Assembly (NCBI RefSeq): GCF_963921235.1
Contig: NC_086097.1
Location: 167,836,001 to 167,900,000 of the forward strand
DNA length: 64,000 nt
Direction of reading: 5' to 3'
From: Mobula hypostoma
Taxonomy: Eukaryota
The notes beneath the pieces were generated by a model. It was not told the origin of the DNA, made no database searches, and worked only from the letters and a program-made list of their open reading frames with translations. The translations under genes were made by a program, and so were the position numbers. Below are positions 12,889 to 26,699 of the stretch, piece by piece (position 1 is the first letter of the stretch; each line of letters opens with the position of its first letter).

Positions 12889-13600
12889 ATGTGGCAGATG
12901 GAGTACAGTGTTGGGAAATGTGTGATAATGCATTTTGGTAAAAGTGCAAACTATTATTTGAACAATAGTGCAGACTATTATTTAAGTGGGGAGAAGGTTC
13001 CAACATCAGAGGTGCAGAAGGAATTAGGAGTCCTCATGCAAGACCCCTCAGATGGTTAATTTACAGGTTGAGTCTGTGGTAAAGAAGGCAAATGCAATGT
13101 TGGCATTTATTTCAAGGGGAATAGAATATAAAAGCAAGGAGCTAATGATAAGGCTTTATAAGACACTAATCAGGCCACACTTGGAGTATTGTCAACAGTT
13201 TTGGGGCCCGTATCTCAGAAAGGATGTGTTGTCATTGGAGAAAGTTCAGAGGAGGCTCATGAGGATGATTCCGGGAATGAAGGGCTTAACATATGAGGAG
13301 TGTTTGGCAGCTTTGAACCTGTACTCACTGGAATGTCGAAGAATGTGGGGGATCTCATTAAAACCTACTGAATGTTGAAAGGACTAGGTAGGGTGGATGT
13401 GGAGAGATTATTTTGTCTGGTGGGGGTATCCAGAACTGGACGGCACAGCCTCAAAATTGAGGGGCAACCCTTTAGAACAGAGGTAAGGAGGAATTTTTTT
13501 AGCCAGAGAGTAGTTAATCTGTAGCATGCTCTGCCACAGAATATGGTGGAGGCTAAGTCCATGGGTATATTTAAGGCGGATGTTGATTGTTTCCTGATCT
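12889..13600 (+). mobile_element. CR1 LINE 3' fragment
   Basis: ORF 13052-13378: VKKANAMLAFISRGIEYKS...RPHLEYCQQFWGPYLRKDVLSLEKVQRRLMRMIPG. Confidence 0.9.
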
Positions 13601-13814
13601 GTCATTCCTGGAATCATCAGCGAATCAGGATCAGGTTTATTATCACAGGCAACACACACAGCAGACCAGGCAGCATCTATGGAAAAGAGTAAGCATTGAC
13701 ATTTCGGGTCAAGACCCTTCACCAGGATTGGAAAACACGATGATAAATTAGAGCAAGAAGGTGGGGGAAGGAAGAAATACAAGGTGGTAGGTGACAGGTG
13801 GAACCAGTCATCCA

Positions 13815-14510
13815 AACATGAACCAATCCTCATAGAGGTATCAGAAGTAGAGAGAGCGAGCAATTTCAAGTTCCTGGGTGTCAAGATCTCTGAGGATCTA
13901 ACCTGGTCCCAACATATTGACGCAACTTTTAAGAAAGCAAGACAGTAGCTATATTTCATTAGGAGTTTGTGGGGAGTTGGTTTGTCACCAGAAATGCTCA
14001 GAAACTTCTGTAGATGTACCATGCAGAATACTGTGACAGGTTGCATCACTGTCTGGTATGGTGGGGTGGGGGGACAGGTTACTGCACACAACTGAAAGAA
14101 GCGACAGAAACTTGTAAAATTAGTCAGCTCCGTCTCGGGTATGAGCCTCTGTAGTATCCAAAACATTTTCATGGAGTGGTGCCTCAGGAAGGCGGCTTCC
14201 ATTATTAAGAACTTCTGTCACCCAGGCATGAAAGCCCGGAAGGACATACTCAGCGATTCAGGAACAGCTTCTTCCCCTCTACCATCTGATTCCTAAATAG
14301 ACGCTAAACCCATGAACACTACCTCACATTTTTTAAAATATTTATATTATTTCTGTTTTGCACTATTTTAATCCATTTAATATCCATATGTACTTACTGT
14401 AATTGATCTACTTATTTACTTTTTTTCTTTTTCTGCATTGCCATGTACTGCTGCTAAGTTAATAAATTTCACGACACATGCCGGTGATGAATAGCCTGAT
14501 TCTGATTCTG
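13815..14510 (+). mobile_element. Rex1/Babar LINE 3' fragment
   Basis: IEVSEVERASNFKFLGVKISEDLTWSQHI...GCITVWYG; tail (TTCTGA)n; same family as 59408-60465. Confidence 0.85.
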
Positions 14511-16074
14511 GTATTTATACGGCAGTAACGTGCAACTTGACTTATGTGGGGATTTGGTGAGATTGCATCTGGAATACTGTGCACATTATTTGTCTCTTTA
14601 ATTAAGGAAGGATGATAAAAGTTCAGTGAGTGTTTAATAGACTAAAACCTGCAACAGTCAGATGGTTTAATGAGGAAAGGTTCAATTGGCTTGTCTGCTG
14701 GAGTTTAGAAAAGTGAGCAGGGATTGTGGAAAATAAAATGTTGAAGGATCTTTGTGGGATGGAAGACGAGAATAAGTTGCTGCAGTTTCCTCCCACATTC
14801 CAAAGACATCTGGGTTAGTAGGTTAATTGGTCATATGGGTGTAATTGGGCGGCGCAGGCTCACTGGGCCGGAAGGGCCTGTTTCTGTGCTGAATCTCTAA
14901 ATAAACTAAAAATAAAAGAAAAACCTTGCCCCACACATCTCTTTCAACTTTAAAACATAATGATGCATGTCCTCTAGTGCCAGACATTTCAACCCTGGGA
15001 AAAAAAAAGATACCGGAAGTCTAGTCTATCTCTGCCTCTCATAAGCTCTCTATGCCTGTCCCTGTCAGGTCTGTATGTAATGGGTCACCTCAAAAGTAAA
15101 GCCAGGAAGCAAAACCACATTGTTCTGAGGAGCAGCCATCCTTGCACATAGTTTAATAGGCCAACTCGAGACTCAGACTCCCCACTCAGTAAGCCCTAGT
15201 TTACCCCCTTTCCTTCGCCCTACCCATGTATTCACGCATCTATCATCCTGAGTTCTTGATCCAACCCACCCCAGTTATCCTGAATTAATCAGAGTGGGAC
15301 AGGGCCTTGAAAAAGTTACACTGGGCCAGTCAGTGGTGACTATTCCATCATTTATCTTGTCTCAAAATATAGTTTGGTAACAGGCCTGTGCCATCCAATT
15401 AGACCTATGTAACTAATCAACCTAATACCCCGTATGTCTTTGGAAACCGGAGTACCTAGAGGAAACCCACACAGTCAGGGGGAGAACGTACAGACTCCTG
15501 ACAGCCAGCGGCAGAATGGAACCCAGGTTGCTGGCACTGTAATAGATTTATGCTCACCACTACACTACCGTGCCACTTGTACCTCGGCTCTACCAAGTTA
15601 TGCCTGCATCCTTCTTCCACTGCCACTGGAGTCACAGCCTGGTACTGAACAGTGTGGAGAACCCTCCACAGTTTTAGTCCCATTACCGAATAACAGATTT
15701 AGTAACCTTGGAGATCATCCATAGGAGATTTAGCAGGCTAATTCCTGGGCAGAGAGAATGGTCCTAATAAGAGAAGCTAGGCAGTTTCGGTCTGTATCGC
15801 TTGGAGTTCAGGTGAATGAGAACTGACTTTGTTCAAATAGAATAAGACCCAAAGGAGGCCTGTCAGGGTAAATGTTGAGATGTTTTCACTAGTGGGTGAG
15901 TCACCAAAAAAAGAGACATAGTTTCCAGATAAGGGGCTAGTCATTTAAAACATAGCTACTTAGAAATCTTTTCTGTTTGCAATTGTCAGTGCAAGAGAAG
16001 TGGAGGCCAGATCATTGGACATGCTTAAGATGGAGACAGTGGGCTTCACATTAGGTAGCAGATAGCATGACACT

Positions 16075-16355
16075 GTTACGAGAGAGCATATTTTTAAGGT
16101 GCTTGGAAGTAGGTACAGAGGAGATGTATGGGGTAAGGTTTTTACGCTGAGAGTGGTGAGTGTGTGGAATGGGCTGCCGGTGGTGGTGGAGGTGGATATG
16201 ATAGGGCCTTTGAAGAGACTCTCGGATGGATACATGGAGCTTAGAAAAATAGAGGGCTCTGGGTAAGCCTAGGTAGTTCTAAGGTAAGGACATGTTCGGC
16301 ACAGCTTTGTGGGCTGAAGGGCCCGTATTGTGCTGTAGGTTTTCTGTGTTCCTAT
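16075..16355 (+). mobile_element. CR1 LINE extreme 3' end
   Basis: ...ggcacagctttgtgggctgaagggcccgtattgtgctgtaggttttctgtgttcctat, a CR1 3' UTR and tail. Confidence 0.75.
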
Positions 16356-16362
16356 CTCAAAG

Positions 16363-16612
16363 CATTCCGGAGTTTGGAGTTGATTCCAGCGCCGTTCTGT
16401 AAGGAGTCTCTGTAGGTCCTCACCGTGAAATGCGTGCGTTTTCTCTGGGTCCCCCAGTTTCCTCCCACAGTCCAAAGACGTGCCTTAATTGGTCATTGTA
16501 AATTTGTATGGTGATTAGGTGAGGGTTAATCTGGTTTGTCGGGGGTTGCTGGGGCGGCCTGGCTGGAAGGGCCAGAAGGGTCTGCTCCGGGCTTTATCAC
16601 TAAATGAATAAA
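16363..16612 (+). mobile_element. tRNA-derived SINE (HE1/V-SINE-like). Related copies lie near 14780-14910, 15375-15570(-), 19045-19185, 25850-26000, 26100-26335, 26440-26670, 27190-27370(-), 30470-30760, 31985-32155, 34190-34500 and 60860-61045(-)
   Basis: Degenerate B-box (ggagttgattcc), conserved core gtttcctcccacagtccaaagacgt...ttaattggtcattgtaaatt, CR1-like tail gggcc-gaaggg and A-rich end. Confidence 0.7.
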
Positions 16613-17664
16613 TATTTGAAAAATCATGAAATGCAGGGCTATGGCAAACTGGTTTTTGCTTATTGTTGTCACATGTACTGAGATCCTTTTGTTTTGCATG
16701 CCATCCGGATAGATTATTCCATATATTGATGTAGTAGGAAGAAAACAGAATGCAGAATGTAGTGTGGTTACCATTGCAAGTGGCACCAAAGAGCAGATGA
16801 GGCCAGTATAGATCAGCCGTGGCAACACTGAATGGCTGAGCAGGCTTGAAGGGCCTGGTGGCTTACTCCTGCTCCTGTTTTCTAGTGCACTTGTGTTGAA
16901 CGCTCTTTGGGGGGTTATGTTGTCTGCAGATCTGCTGTTGGTTGACCTCTCTACTGCAAAGGGCCTATTGATATATGAACTCTTTATAAGCAACTTACTG
17001 CTAATGAAGGATCTTCAGGAGGGTGATATACACTTTGATAGTTTTGATTAATTATAAGAAACAATTATACCGCTTCTTTAGTACTGGCACTTGAATGCAA
17101 AGCGCTCAGTGTTAAAACTTGTACAGCCCTGTGCTCGTAAACCACATCTTTGACCCTAATATCCAGGTGTGGAAGGGGCCCTCTTGGGTCTTTGCAACCG
17201 TATGTTTGAACTCGGTGTGTTTTTCTGTTTTGATTTTGTTTGAGCTAAGTTTGAGCTGCAGGAGAGTCAGAACAAACAAATGTCATTGTCAGCAAACATA
17301 GAGACTGCTTGCTCTGTTCCCGGGTGTGCTTTCCCAAGTGAATCTTCTCCACTTCTCACTCCCGGAAGATTTTCTTCTGTTTGTGTGTGCCAGAATGTCC
17401 AAAAAAAACACAAGTCACCACTTATAAATAGAGCTCCTCTTGATATGGAGGAGTGGATTGTGGGCAGATACTGTTCATATCTAAACAACTTTTGAAACCA
17501 AATCTTAGAGAACAGGTCAAGACAATGTACTCATCTCAAGACTTGAAGTGGGCCCAGTGATGAATTGTATAATAATTAGTTTGGATCCTTTCCTTAAGCT
17601 TTTATAAGAATTGTGTTAATCTTGAGCTAGAGTACAATTCTGAACACGTGACACTTATAAGTGA

Positions 17665-18262
17665 CCACCCCACCAGCCTCTGGGTCCAACATATTATTCT
17701 CCGTAACTTCCACCACCTCCAACGGGATCCCAACACTAAACACATCTTTCCCTCTTACCCCCGCCCCGCTTTCTGCAGGGATCACTCCCTACGCGACTCC
17801 CTTGTCCATTCGTCCCTCCCATCCCTCCCCACTGATCTCCCTCCTGGCACTTGTCCTTGTAAGCGGAACAAGCACTACACATGCCCTTACACTTCCTCCC
17901 TTACCACCATTCAGGGCCCCAAACAGTCCTTCCAGGTGAGGCGACACTTCACCTGTGAGTCGGCTGGGGTGATATACTGTGTCCGGTGCTCCCGATGTGG
18001 CCTTCTATATATTGGCGAGACCCGACGCAGACTGGGAGATTGTTTTGCTGAACACCTACGCTCTGTCCGCCAGAGAAAGCAGGATCTCCCAGAGGCCACA
18101 CATTTTAATTCCATGTCCCATTCCCATTCTGATATGTCTATCCACGGCCTCCTCTACTGTAAAGATGAAGCCACACTCAGGTTGGAGGAACAACACCTTA
18201 TATTCCGTCTGGGTAGCTTCCAACCTGATGGCATGAACATTGACTTCTCTAACTTCCACTAA
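17665..18262 (+). pseudogene. Penelope-like element ORF C-terminus, GIY-YIG endonuclease domain
   Basis: Uninterrupted frame with a Cys-rich linker (CPC..C) and FTCESAGVIYCVRCSRCGLLYIGETRRRLGDCFAEHLRSV...HFN...EQHLIFRLGSFQPDGMN. RT domain absent. Confidence 0.9.
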
Positions 18263-18542
18263 TGCCCCACCTCCCCCTCGTACCCCATCCGTTATTTATA
18301 TACCTACATTCTTTTTCTCTCTCTGTCCCTCTGACTATACCCCTTGCCCATCCTCTGGGTGTTTCCCCCCTCCCCCTTGTCTTTCTCCCCGGACCTCCTG
18401 TCACATGATCCTCTCATATCCCTTTTGCCAATCACCTGTCCAGCTCTTGGCTCCATCTCTCCCCCTCCTGTCTTCTCCTATCATTTCGGATCTCCTCCCT
18501 CCCCCTCCCACTTTCAAATGTCTTAATAGCTCTTCTTTCAGT

Positions 18543-18580
18543 TAGTCCTGACGAAAGGTCTCGGCCCGAAACATCGACTG
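18543..18580 (+). ncRNA. Minimal type I hammerhead ribozyme-like motif in the Penelope 3' UTR
   Basis: TAGTC-CTGACGA-A-AGGT-CTCG-GCCC-GAAAC-ATC-GACTG: core boxes and helix I present; helix II and helix III each have a mismatch. Confidence 0.65.
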
Positions 18581-20589
18581 TTCCTCTTCCTAGAGATGCT
18601 GCCTGGCCTGCTGCGTTCACCAGCAACTTTGATGTGTGTTGCTTGACACTTATCTTGAACCTTTTATTGAGTACTGAGTGGCGAATTGCTGGATTTCTCA
18701 CCCCCAAAGGTTGTAGAGACTAAGTAATTGGAAAAAGTTAAGTAAGAGCAGAAATGTTTTAAAAATTAAGGAATTGAGGACTATGAGTAACTAGGATAGA
18801 GCAAGGGTGAGGCCTGGTGTTTGTAGGAAAGATTCATTAGGATGTTTCTGGGACAAGGTTGAGCGCGGGGGGCCGGGGGGTGGTCGGGGGTTCACCTGTA
18901 AGGGGAGGCTGGATAGACTGATGTATTGTTCTCTGGAGTGCAGGAGTCTGAAGGTTGGCCTTACAGTGGTATATAATATCACAAGGGCTGTAGATGAAGA
19001 TTATGGTCGCTGTTTATTCCACAGGGTAGGGCAGGGTGGTACGGTAGTGTAGCAGATAGTGGAATCGCTTTACCGTACCGGCAATCACCGATCAGGGTGA
19101 GGAGTCTGTAATCAAGGTGTCTGTAAGGAGTTTGTACGTTCTTCCCGTAACCACCCTCCAAATGTTCCAGTCTCCTCCCACATTCTCTAGCAGACCATGC
19201 TGGACTATTGCGTACAATTCTGGTCAGCACACCACTGGAAAATGCAATGGCAGCAGAGAGGTTATGGTTATGAGGACAAACTGGTTGGGTGGGAATATTT
19301 CTTTCAAAACAGAAGAGAGGGGGGTGAAATTATGGAAGGTAACTTAGGATGAATTGAAAAAGGGTCATAAGTTTGAATTGGTTTGATTGGAGGATTTGAG
19401 AAGGTATAGGAAAAGTGTGGGGGTGGGTGAAAAATAATAACTGAAGTGGTGTAGGTCAGAAGCTCGTTACCTAGAATGTGGGTGGAAACACAAGCACTCA
19501 CCATAGCCTGAAATTACCTGGGTGAACACTTGAAGAACCATAACCTGCAAGGCTATGGACTAAGAACTGGGGGTTGGGTCTAGCTCAAAGTGTGCTTTTG
19601 GCCAGCATGAGGGTGAGGACAGAACGGCCTCCTTGGGTGTTATGAACTTCTACCTTTTCTGTACATTGGTATTTTATTCCACTGTAGTCCAAGGATCCAT
19701 CATTCTCAGAGTGAATGGTGTTCGGTGCAGACTTTGTGGACTTTGTGTATCATTGGGAAGAATGATAGTGGTGAGGCCATAGATTATTTTGCGTGGGATA
19801 TTATTAAACCATGGAGCAAGCCCAAAAGGCCATAAGAACTACTGCTGCTTTGAACAGACAATGCACTCAACCCAAGTATGTGCATTTTTTGTTCTAAATC
19901 ATTTAATTAAATTAATTTTCCCAGCACTTTAATAAAACCAACAGTAGGAAAGACATCTGCTCCCTCATACCCTGTCTGTATGGCTAAGTCTTGGAAACAT
20001 CTCTCCCATAATTTATTAACCTCTCTTTCTCCCCTCTGCTTTTTAAAGCCTAACTTTTTGACCAATCATCTCACCCAGCATTTCCAAAAGAACACAGTAG
20101 AGTCCAAGTAATTAACTACTTGGAAGGTTGCGTTGGATAGTTTTTTTGTATTACTGGGGAAACCAAGAGTTAGTGCTAAATGACAGCAGATTGAATTCTC
20201 ATCTTGGACCAGATTAACAGGTCTTAAACACGTCTTTTTCTCAGTTTAGGCATTCTTGGGTTGGGACAGGTCAGGAGAGGCAATGTTGGCTTGGTTCCCA
20301 CTCCCAGATAGTGACTCAGGGATTGTAATTGGAGACTGTATTAGACTCAGCTAATGTCTCCCAGATTTATAAGATTGTCAATTCTCATAGAAAGCAAGAA
20401 TCCCTGAAAGCCATTGCACAAACAGGAGAAGAAGAGACTAATTTGATAATTAGCTTAGCTGAAACTTCACTAACTGTGTGTTGTACTAAAGGTGTTGCAC
20501 TTTGGGAGACCAACTGTAAAGGGAAAGTACAATTAATGGCAAGACGCTTAACAGCATTGATGTATGGAGCAATATTGTGGTCTAAGTCC

Positions 20590-21070
20590 ATAGCCTACTG
20601 GAAGAGAGCACACAAGGTAATAGGGTGGTAAAAAATGCCACAAAGCATGCTTGCTTTTAATGATTCAGATATGGAGATAGAGTAAAGAGTCAGGAAATTA
20701 GATTTCAACTTTGTAAAAACTCTGGTTAGACCACATCAGGAGCATTGCATTCAGTTCTAGTTGACCCATAATAGAAAGGATGTAGAGGCAATGGAAGGAT
20801 TCAGAAGAAATTTACCAGGATAGTGCTGGATTAGAGATTATGTTCTATAAAGGGGGATATAAGGAGATAGGAGATAGATAAACTGGAATCTTTTCCCCCT
20901 AGAGCAGCAGAGGATGAGGGGAGACCTGATAGGGTCAAAGTGTCAAATACTAAAAGGTTTGCATTTAAGGTGAGCAGGAGTTGTTCAGCGGAGAAGTGTG
21001 AGGCAAGTTTTTCACAGCGATGGGTGCCTGGAATATGCTGCCATGGGTGGTAGTAGAGGCAAATATGATA
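20590..21070 (+). mobile_element. Degenerate CR1 3' fragment
   Basis: aaaactctggttagaccacatcaggagcattgcattcagttc...gagcagcagaggatgaggggagacctgata. Confidence 0.75.
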
Positions 21071-21396
21071 GAGATTCATATTCAGCTTTATTATTCACGT
21101 GTACATTGAACCGTACGGTGAAGTACGTCGTTTGTGTTAACAACCAACACACACAAGAATGTGCTGGGGGCAGCCAACTAGTTCACCACACATTCTTGCT
21201 CCACTTCAGGACTTGCGTGGACTTTGGACCCCAGTTACTTGAAGACCACCCATACTTGGGACTTGCTGCTCGTACGGTCCTCTGACTCAGGACCAGCACT
21301 CACCAATCTTGGGAACAATGGTGTCCTCAGCACCTGCTGGTCAAACCCCAGGATCACTCACATTTGTCCATGGAGTGGTTTGACTTGAACTCGAAT

Positions 21397-22246
21397 TCAA
21401 AGGTTCATTTGTTATCTAAGTATCTATGCAGTATACAACACTGAGATTTGTCTTCTCCAGATGGTCGTGAAATTAAGGAAGAGCATGAAAGTCAATCTAG
21501 AGAGAAACATTAAACTCACCCCCTCCCACATGCAAAAAAGAAAGGCATCCCAGTCATCAACCCCCAAATCCCCCACCCCACCTAAAATGGAACAAGAACA
21601 TTGACCCCCAAACAACCTCCACCCTGCACAAAAAAACTTAACGCAACAGGAACATCAACCCCTCACCCCCTCCCTTCGCACAATACGGAAAAGGAACAGG
21701 TGAAATAAAACAGAATATAAAACTGTGAGTCTGAAAAAGTCCACAGTCCATAAACGCAATAGTCCAATCCATAAATGCAGACCCATGATACCATCCTCTA
21801 ACGTCACCGACATTCATGAGAGGGACGCCACACGAGACAGAGGCCTGCCTGCCAGCCACAGCTATCCTCACAGTTAATAGCGTGACTGCCTGCCTTGCCT
21901 GTGAGTGGCCTGAACTCCCACTTGCCTTCTGCATTTGCTTTGGTGTCTCAATCTTCCTCAGCACTTTAATTGGCTAAATAGAGTCGAACATCAGCTCACG
22001 TCCTGTCTCTAAGTTTCTTTCACATCGAGGCTATCTGAGTACAACGCTCACTTCCCAGAGTCTTCTCAGAGACAGCAAAGTGCTGGATCACTCACTCAAT
22101 CTCCAAACTGTAAATCGCAGTCTCTAACAATTCCAGAAACACATTTAAGGTGAACAACAGATGTAAGAAAAGTAAAGTAGACATCTTTGTGGGCTATCTA
22201 GAAGATGTTGACCAAGGGAGTGTTGTACACTGGCGCCAACCTTCCC
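21397..22246 (-). mobile_element. Probable non-autonomous retroelement (LINE-type 5' UTR joined to a Rex1-type 3' tail)
   Basis: Minus strand starts near AAG(G/A)TGGCGCCAGT and ends in the aaatctcagtgttgtatactgcata...aataaatgaacctttgaa-type tail seen on other Rex1-like ends here; no ORF. Confidence 0.45.
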
Positions 22247-25200
22247 AGACTCTTCATTTACGACCTTGACCTCTAACTATCCCCCCATCCCTGTCAATAA
22301 TTCCGAACCTGACCCCTAACTCGGCACTCTATCACTAGAATCATCCCTCCAAAACTTAAAAATCAACCAAGTCTGAGCCACGACATTGACGAACATTGCA
22401 GCTTAATCCCATCTTGACTAGAAGCACTAAGCAACATCTAAGAGGTTCTTATTCACCCGAATATGCAGAGAATGGAGGGATAGGAACTTGTGTACTGACA
22501 GAGGGCATTTGAAATCATTAGTTTAATTAGTTCAGCACAACATTGTGTGCTTGTGCAGTAGTGTTCTATGTTCTAGTGAATAATTACAGTGTTCCTTCTT
22601 GAATTTGGTGGACATTAAATATGTTTTTTTTACTGGTCTTGAAGATGTTCATTGTGGGGCAGCAGATAAAATGCCCTTAATTCACAAGTGCATTGTCCAA
22701 TATTAACTTGAAGAACTTAAATAGGAGCAAGAGAAGGCTATATTACCCCTTGACCATGACTTACCATTCAGTTAGGTTATGACTGTGCTGACCTTGGCCT
22801 GATCTTCATAACTCTTGGCCCAACTCCTAGTCCAAAAATCTATCCAACACAATCTTGAAAGTAGTTAATTACTGTGGCTCCACAGTGCTCTGTTGGAAGC
22901 ATTTGTGTGATGATTGGCCAAAAAATAATTAGTTTTTAAGGATCAGTGAGGAGAAAGAGAGGGAAGAGTGTTGGCACGATGACAAAGACTTGCCTGGGGT
23001 TCAAACTGTGAGCTTGTTGATGTCTACTGAGAAGCTAAGGAGTAGGACCTCAATTCAGGTTGTGATTTGTAAAAAGCTTATTAATTTCTTACAGACAGGT
23101 ACTTTCCTGCTGGTGTTGTGGGTACACGCAATTCCAAGTCTATTGGTGAGATAAGTAGACCAGGTGGCGCAGGGTTTGTTCGCCAGGCCTCACTGAATAG
23201 CTGAAGTAACAAAAGGCTGGGTGCTTTCAGAGCCAGAGAGGGGCAGAGCAAGAAGTAGGTGGATCAGAAAGCAATGGGGGGGAGAAAAAGAATCAGAGGA
23301 GAAATTGTATCCAGGAGCTGTCCTGATATCTGATAGATGAAAAGAATCATGAAAGATTTTTTTAAGGACTAGATTAAGGAAAAGAATGAAGTAAAACTTC
23401 AAACCAGGACAGCTCCGAGGTAGAAAAATGCTGGAAACACTTATCAAGTCAGGTAGCATCTGTGGAAGGAAATATCAAGTTAATGATTTATCTGTGTTCT
23501 GACAAAGGGTCTTTGACCTGAAAAATGAACTTCATTTCTTACTCCACAGAAGTCTGACCAACTGAGTGTTTCCAGCATTGTCTGCTTTTATTTCATCAGG
23601 TCATAGAGCTACTCAGCATAAATACAGGCCCAACCAGTCAATACCGACCACAGTGCCCACCAGCGAGTCCCAATTTTCTATGTTCAGCCCTTATCTCTCC
23701 AAGCCCTATCCCTCTGTATACCCATCCAGATGCTTCTCAAATGATACTATCGATACCATTGTAGCTACCTTAAATACTTCCTCTGGCAACTCATTCCTCT
23801 CACTACCCTCCACGTAAAAATAAAAAGCCCTCTGGTCCCTCTAAATCTTACCCTTCTCATCCTAAACCTATTCCCCCTAGTTGTAGACTCCCCTTCTCTG
23901 AAATAAAGAACTGTTGCCATCAACGTTATCTATAAATGCTTGTACTGTAATCGGTTTTAAAGTTAGTAGTTCAACGTAATTATGAGATGCGGAACAAGCA
24001 AGATCTGGAACATAAAATAACGCACAATATTCTCAGCAAATCAAGCAGTATCAATGGAGAAGGAAAGATTGAAGTTAGCTGTTACAGGTGGACAATGTCA
24101 CGTCAGCACTGTTTTGATATAAATGAATAAGGATAGGATGGATATCTCTAATAATTGAATTCAGTGCTGCCTGCCCTACTGAGTGTTTCTAGCATTGTCT
24201 GTTCTTGTTTTGGTTTTCTGGCATTGTCAGATTCCTGCTTCATTTAAGAGATAGAGCAAGGTGGTGGCTGCTGGAGAGATAAAGGTCAGCAGAGTGTTTC
24301 TGATGGGACGCAAAACCGGGCAAAGATCTCAGGTTGCAGTGAGAGAGCAGAGTTGCAGTCAACACTGAACACTTCTGGGTTGTCTGTCATGAATGGATCT
24401 GAAAGATGAGGGATGGAATTCCAGTTGGAATCTGCGTGGAGTCATTCTCAGCCAGAGATGGAGGAAGGAGGGAAAACAACTGAAGGCCATGGCCTTCATT
24501 CTGCACTTGTGCATGTTCGCATGAAGTGACATTTAGGCATGGCACAGACACTCAACAGGGTGACAGCATTCACAGTAAGAGTTCTCACTTGGCTAAAGTT
24601 CATCAGCAACTGCAGTTTGCCTCCCTGTGAATTATGCTTGGAGAACTGAAAGACAGAGCAAGTTTATTCAAGTTGAACTTCAACTTCAAGCACAGACTGG
24701 GCAAAAGAAAAAACAAATGCACTGAATGCACAAGTCCATTGCCAATGAAAATTCTTTTGGAAGAGGTAGTGAAGTTTGTCGTCAGCTTAACTCGTAGCTA
24801 CATGTCTCTGAAATGAAAAGGTCATAGCAGTAAGTCCACAGGAAGATGATTAATCCTTTATACTCTGGCAACTCCTAGGAGTCAACATGAGCACAAGCAG
24901 CCTCTGTTGTGTCCACTAAGTGCCTGGTTACAGAAACATTTGTGTTCTTAGACCACATATATGGTACCTCGAGATCCTGTGGTTTAGTGCATCACTGTAA
25001 TTTGAAGCAATGTTTCATATTAAAAATATCAGTAGTGTTAAGGCATTAAGCTGGGATGATGGATTTCTTTGTTATAAGATTGGAGGTTCAACAATTGGAA
25101 AGATTGTTTAGTTGGTTAATAGAGTCAGAGTTTATTAGATTGCTGACAAAAGAGACTGCAGATGCTGAAATCTGGAAAAACAATGCTACTCCCATAGATG

Positions 25201-26699
25201 TTGCTCAGCCTCCTGAGTTCCTGCAGCAGATTATTGTTCCATTTACTGAACTCTGCTTCTGAGCTCATGAGACATGCATTACCTACAGCAGGCACTTCTC
25301 ATCACTGCAGGGTAACGTCGACTTTTTCTCCACAAAATACTCCCGATTCACTGGATGAATAAGCAAAGTGATGTCAGTGTCTCCTACCAGGCATCCTTCC
25401 CTATATTAAAGCTCTCATTGTGCACCATGGGCTCCGATAGACAGACCACATTACTGGTATAATGTTGGTATTGGTTTATAATTGCTACATGTACCAAGAA
25501 AAGCCTGCCTTGCATACCATTCATATAGATAATGTCGCTACACAATGCACTGAGCTACAACAAGGAAAAACAATAACAATGCAGAATGAAGTGTAACAGC
25601 TACAGGGAACAATGCAGATAAACAATAAAATGCATGATCATAACAAGGTAAAGTCAAGAGGCTCATACCAGAAGTCTGTTCAGGAGTCTTACCAGAGTGG
25701 GTTAGAATCTGTTCTTAAGCCTAGTGTACAGGCTTATGTTCACCACCAAATATCTGACACTCAAACGAGGTACTCTGCTATGAGCTCCATCACATTAAGA
25801 GATTGTCAGGATGGACAGAGAAAGGATGCAAGGATGTTCTCAAAAGGTGTGGCTCAGCATTCAGAGCCACTGCCTCATAGCACCACAAAATGGATTCAGT
25901 CCTGACCTAGCTGATGTCTGTGTAGAGTTGCAGATTCTCCCTGTGACTGTGTAGGCTTCTCCTAGGTACTCTGGTTTCCAGCCACATCCAAAAATGTCGA
26001 CTGTACTTTTTTCCATAGATGCTGCCTGGCCTGCAGAGTTCTTCCAGTATTTTGTGTGGGTTACCCTTAGCCCAATTTGTCCATTCTCACCTAAGCTTGG
26101 GACATCGGAGTTCGGAGTTAAATTCTAACGTCATCTGCAGGGAGTCTTTACATCCTCCCCCTGGAAAGCGTGGGTTTTCACTGGGCCCTCCAGTTTCCTC
26201 CTACAGTTCAAAGACGTACTGGTTAGAAGGTTAATTGGTCATTGTAAATTGTCCTGTCACAAACCGGGTTACTTTGTGGTGCGTCTCGAGTGGCTGACAG
26301 GGCCTTTGCCATGCTGTGCTTCCAAATATATAAATAAAACTAAGCTAGTCCCAGCTACCTATGCTTGACCCATATCCATGTAAACCTTTTCTTGTCCATG
26401 TTCGTAAAGAAATCTGGTATATCCTCATCAATGCTTGCCATTGGAGCATGAAGATAAATTCCACTGTCCTCTGCAATGAAGTTTGTATGTTTTTGCCGTA
26501 CGAGCATGGGTTTCCTCCGAGTGTTTTAGTTTCCTCCCACAGTGCAAAGACGTACTGGTTAGTCATTGTAAATTGTCCTGTGATTAGGCTTGGGTTAAGT
26601 AAGTGGGTCACTGGGTAGCACGGCTCAAAGGGTGGGAAGGGCTGTTCCGTGCAGTATCTCTAAATAAATAGAGAGATTATATTTATTTATTTATTTTTT

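Larger units (their letters stand above)
17659..18643 (+). mobile_element. 5'-truncated Penelope-like element (GIY-YIG endonuclease end plus 3' UTR with hammerhead motif)
   Basis: 10-bp TSD TGACACTTAT (17649-17658 and 18644-18653); GIY-YIG reading frame; hammerhead-like motif at 18543-18580. Confidence 0.92.

Noticed and set aside
13408..14202. 264-aa minus-strand ORF
   Set aside because: Antisense read-through across Rex1, SINE and CR1 fragments.
19040..19190. tRNA gene
   Set aside because: Only a degenerate tRNA-like SINE head followed by SINE core; no cloverleaf.
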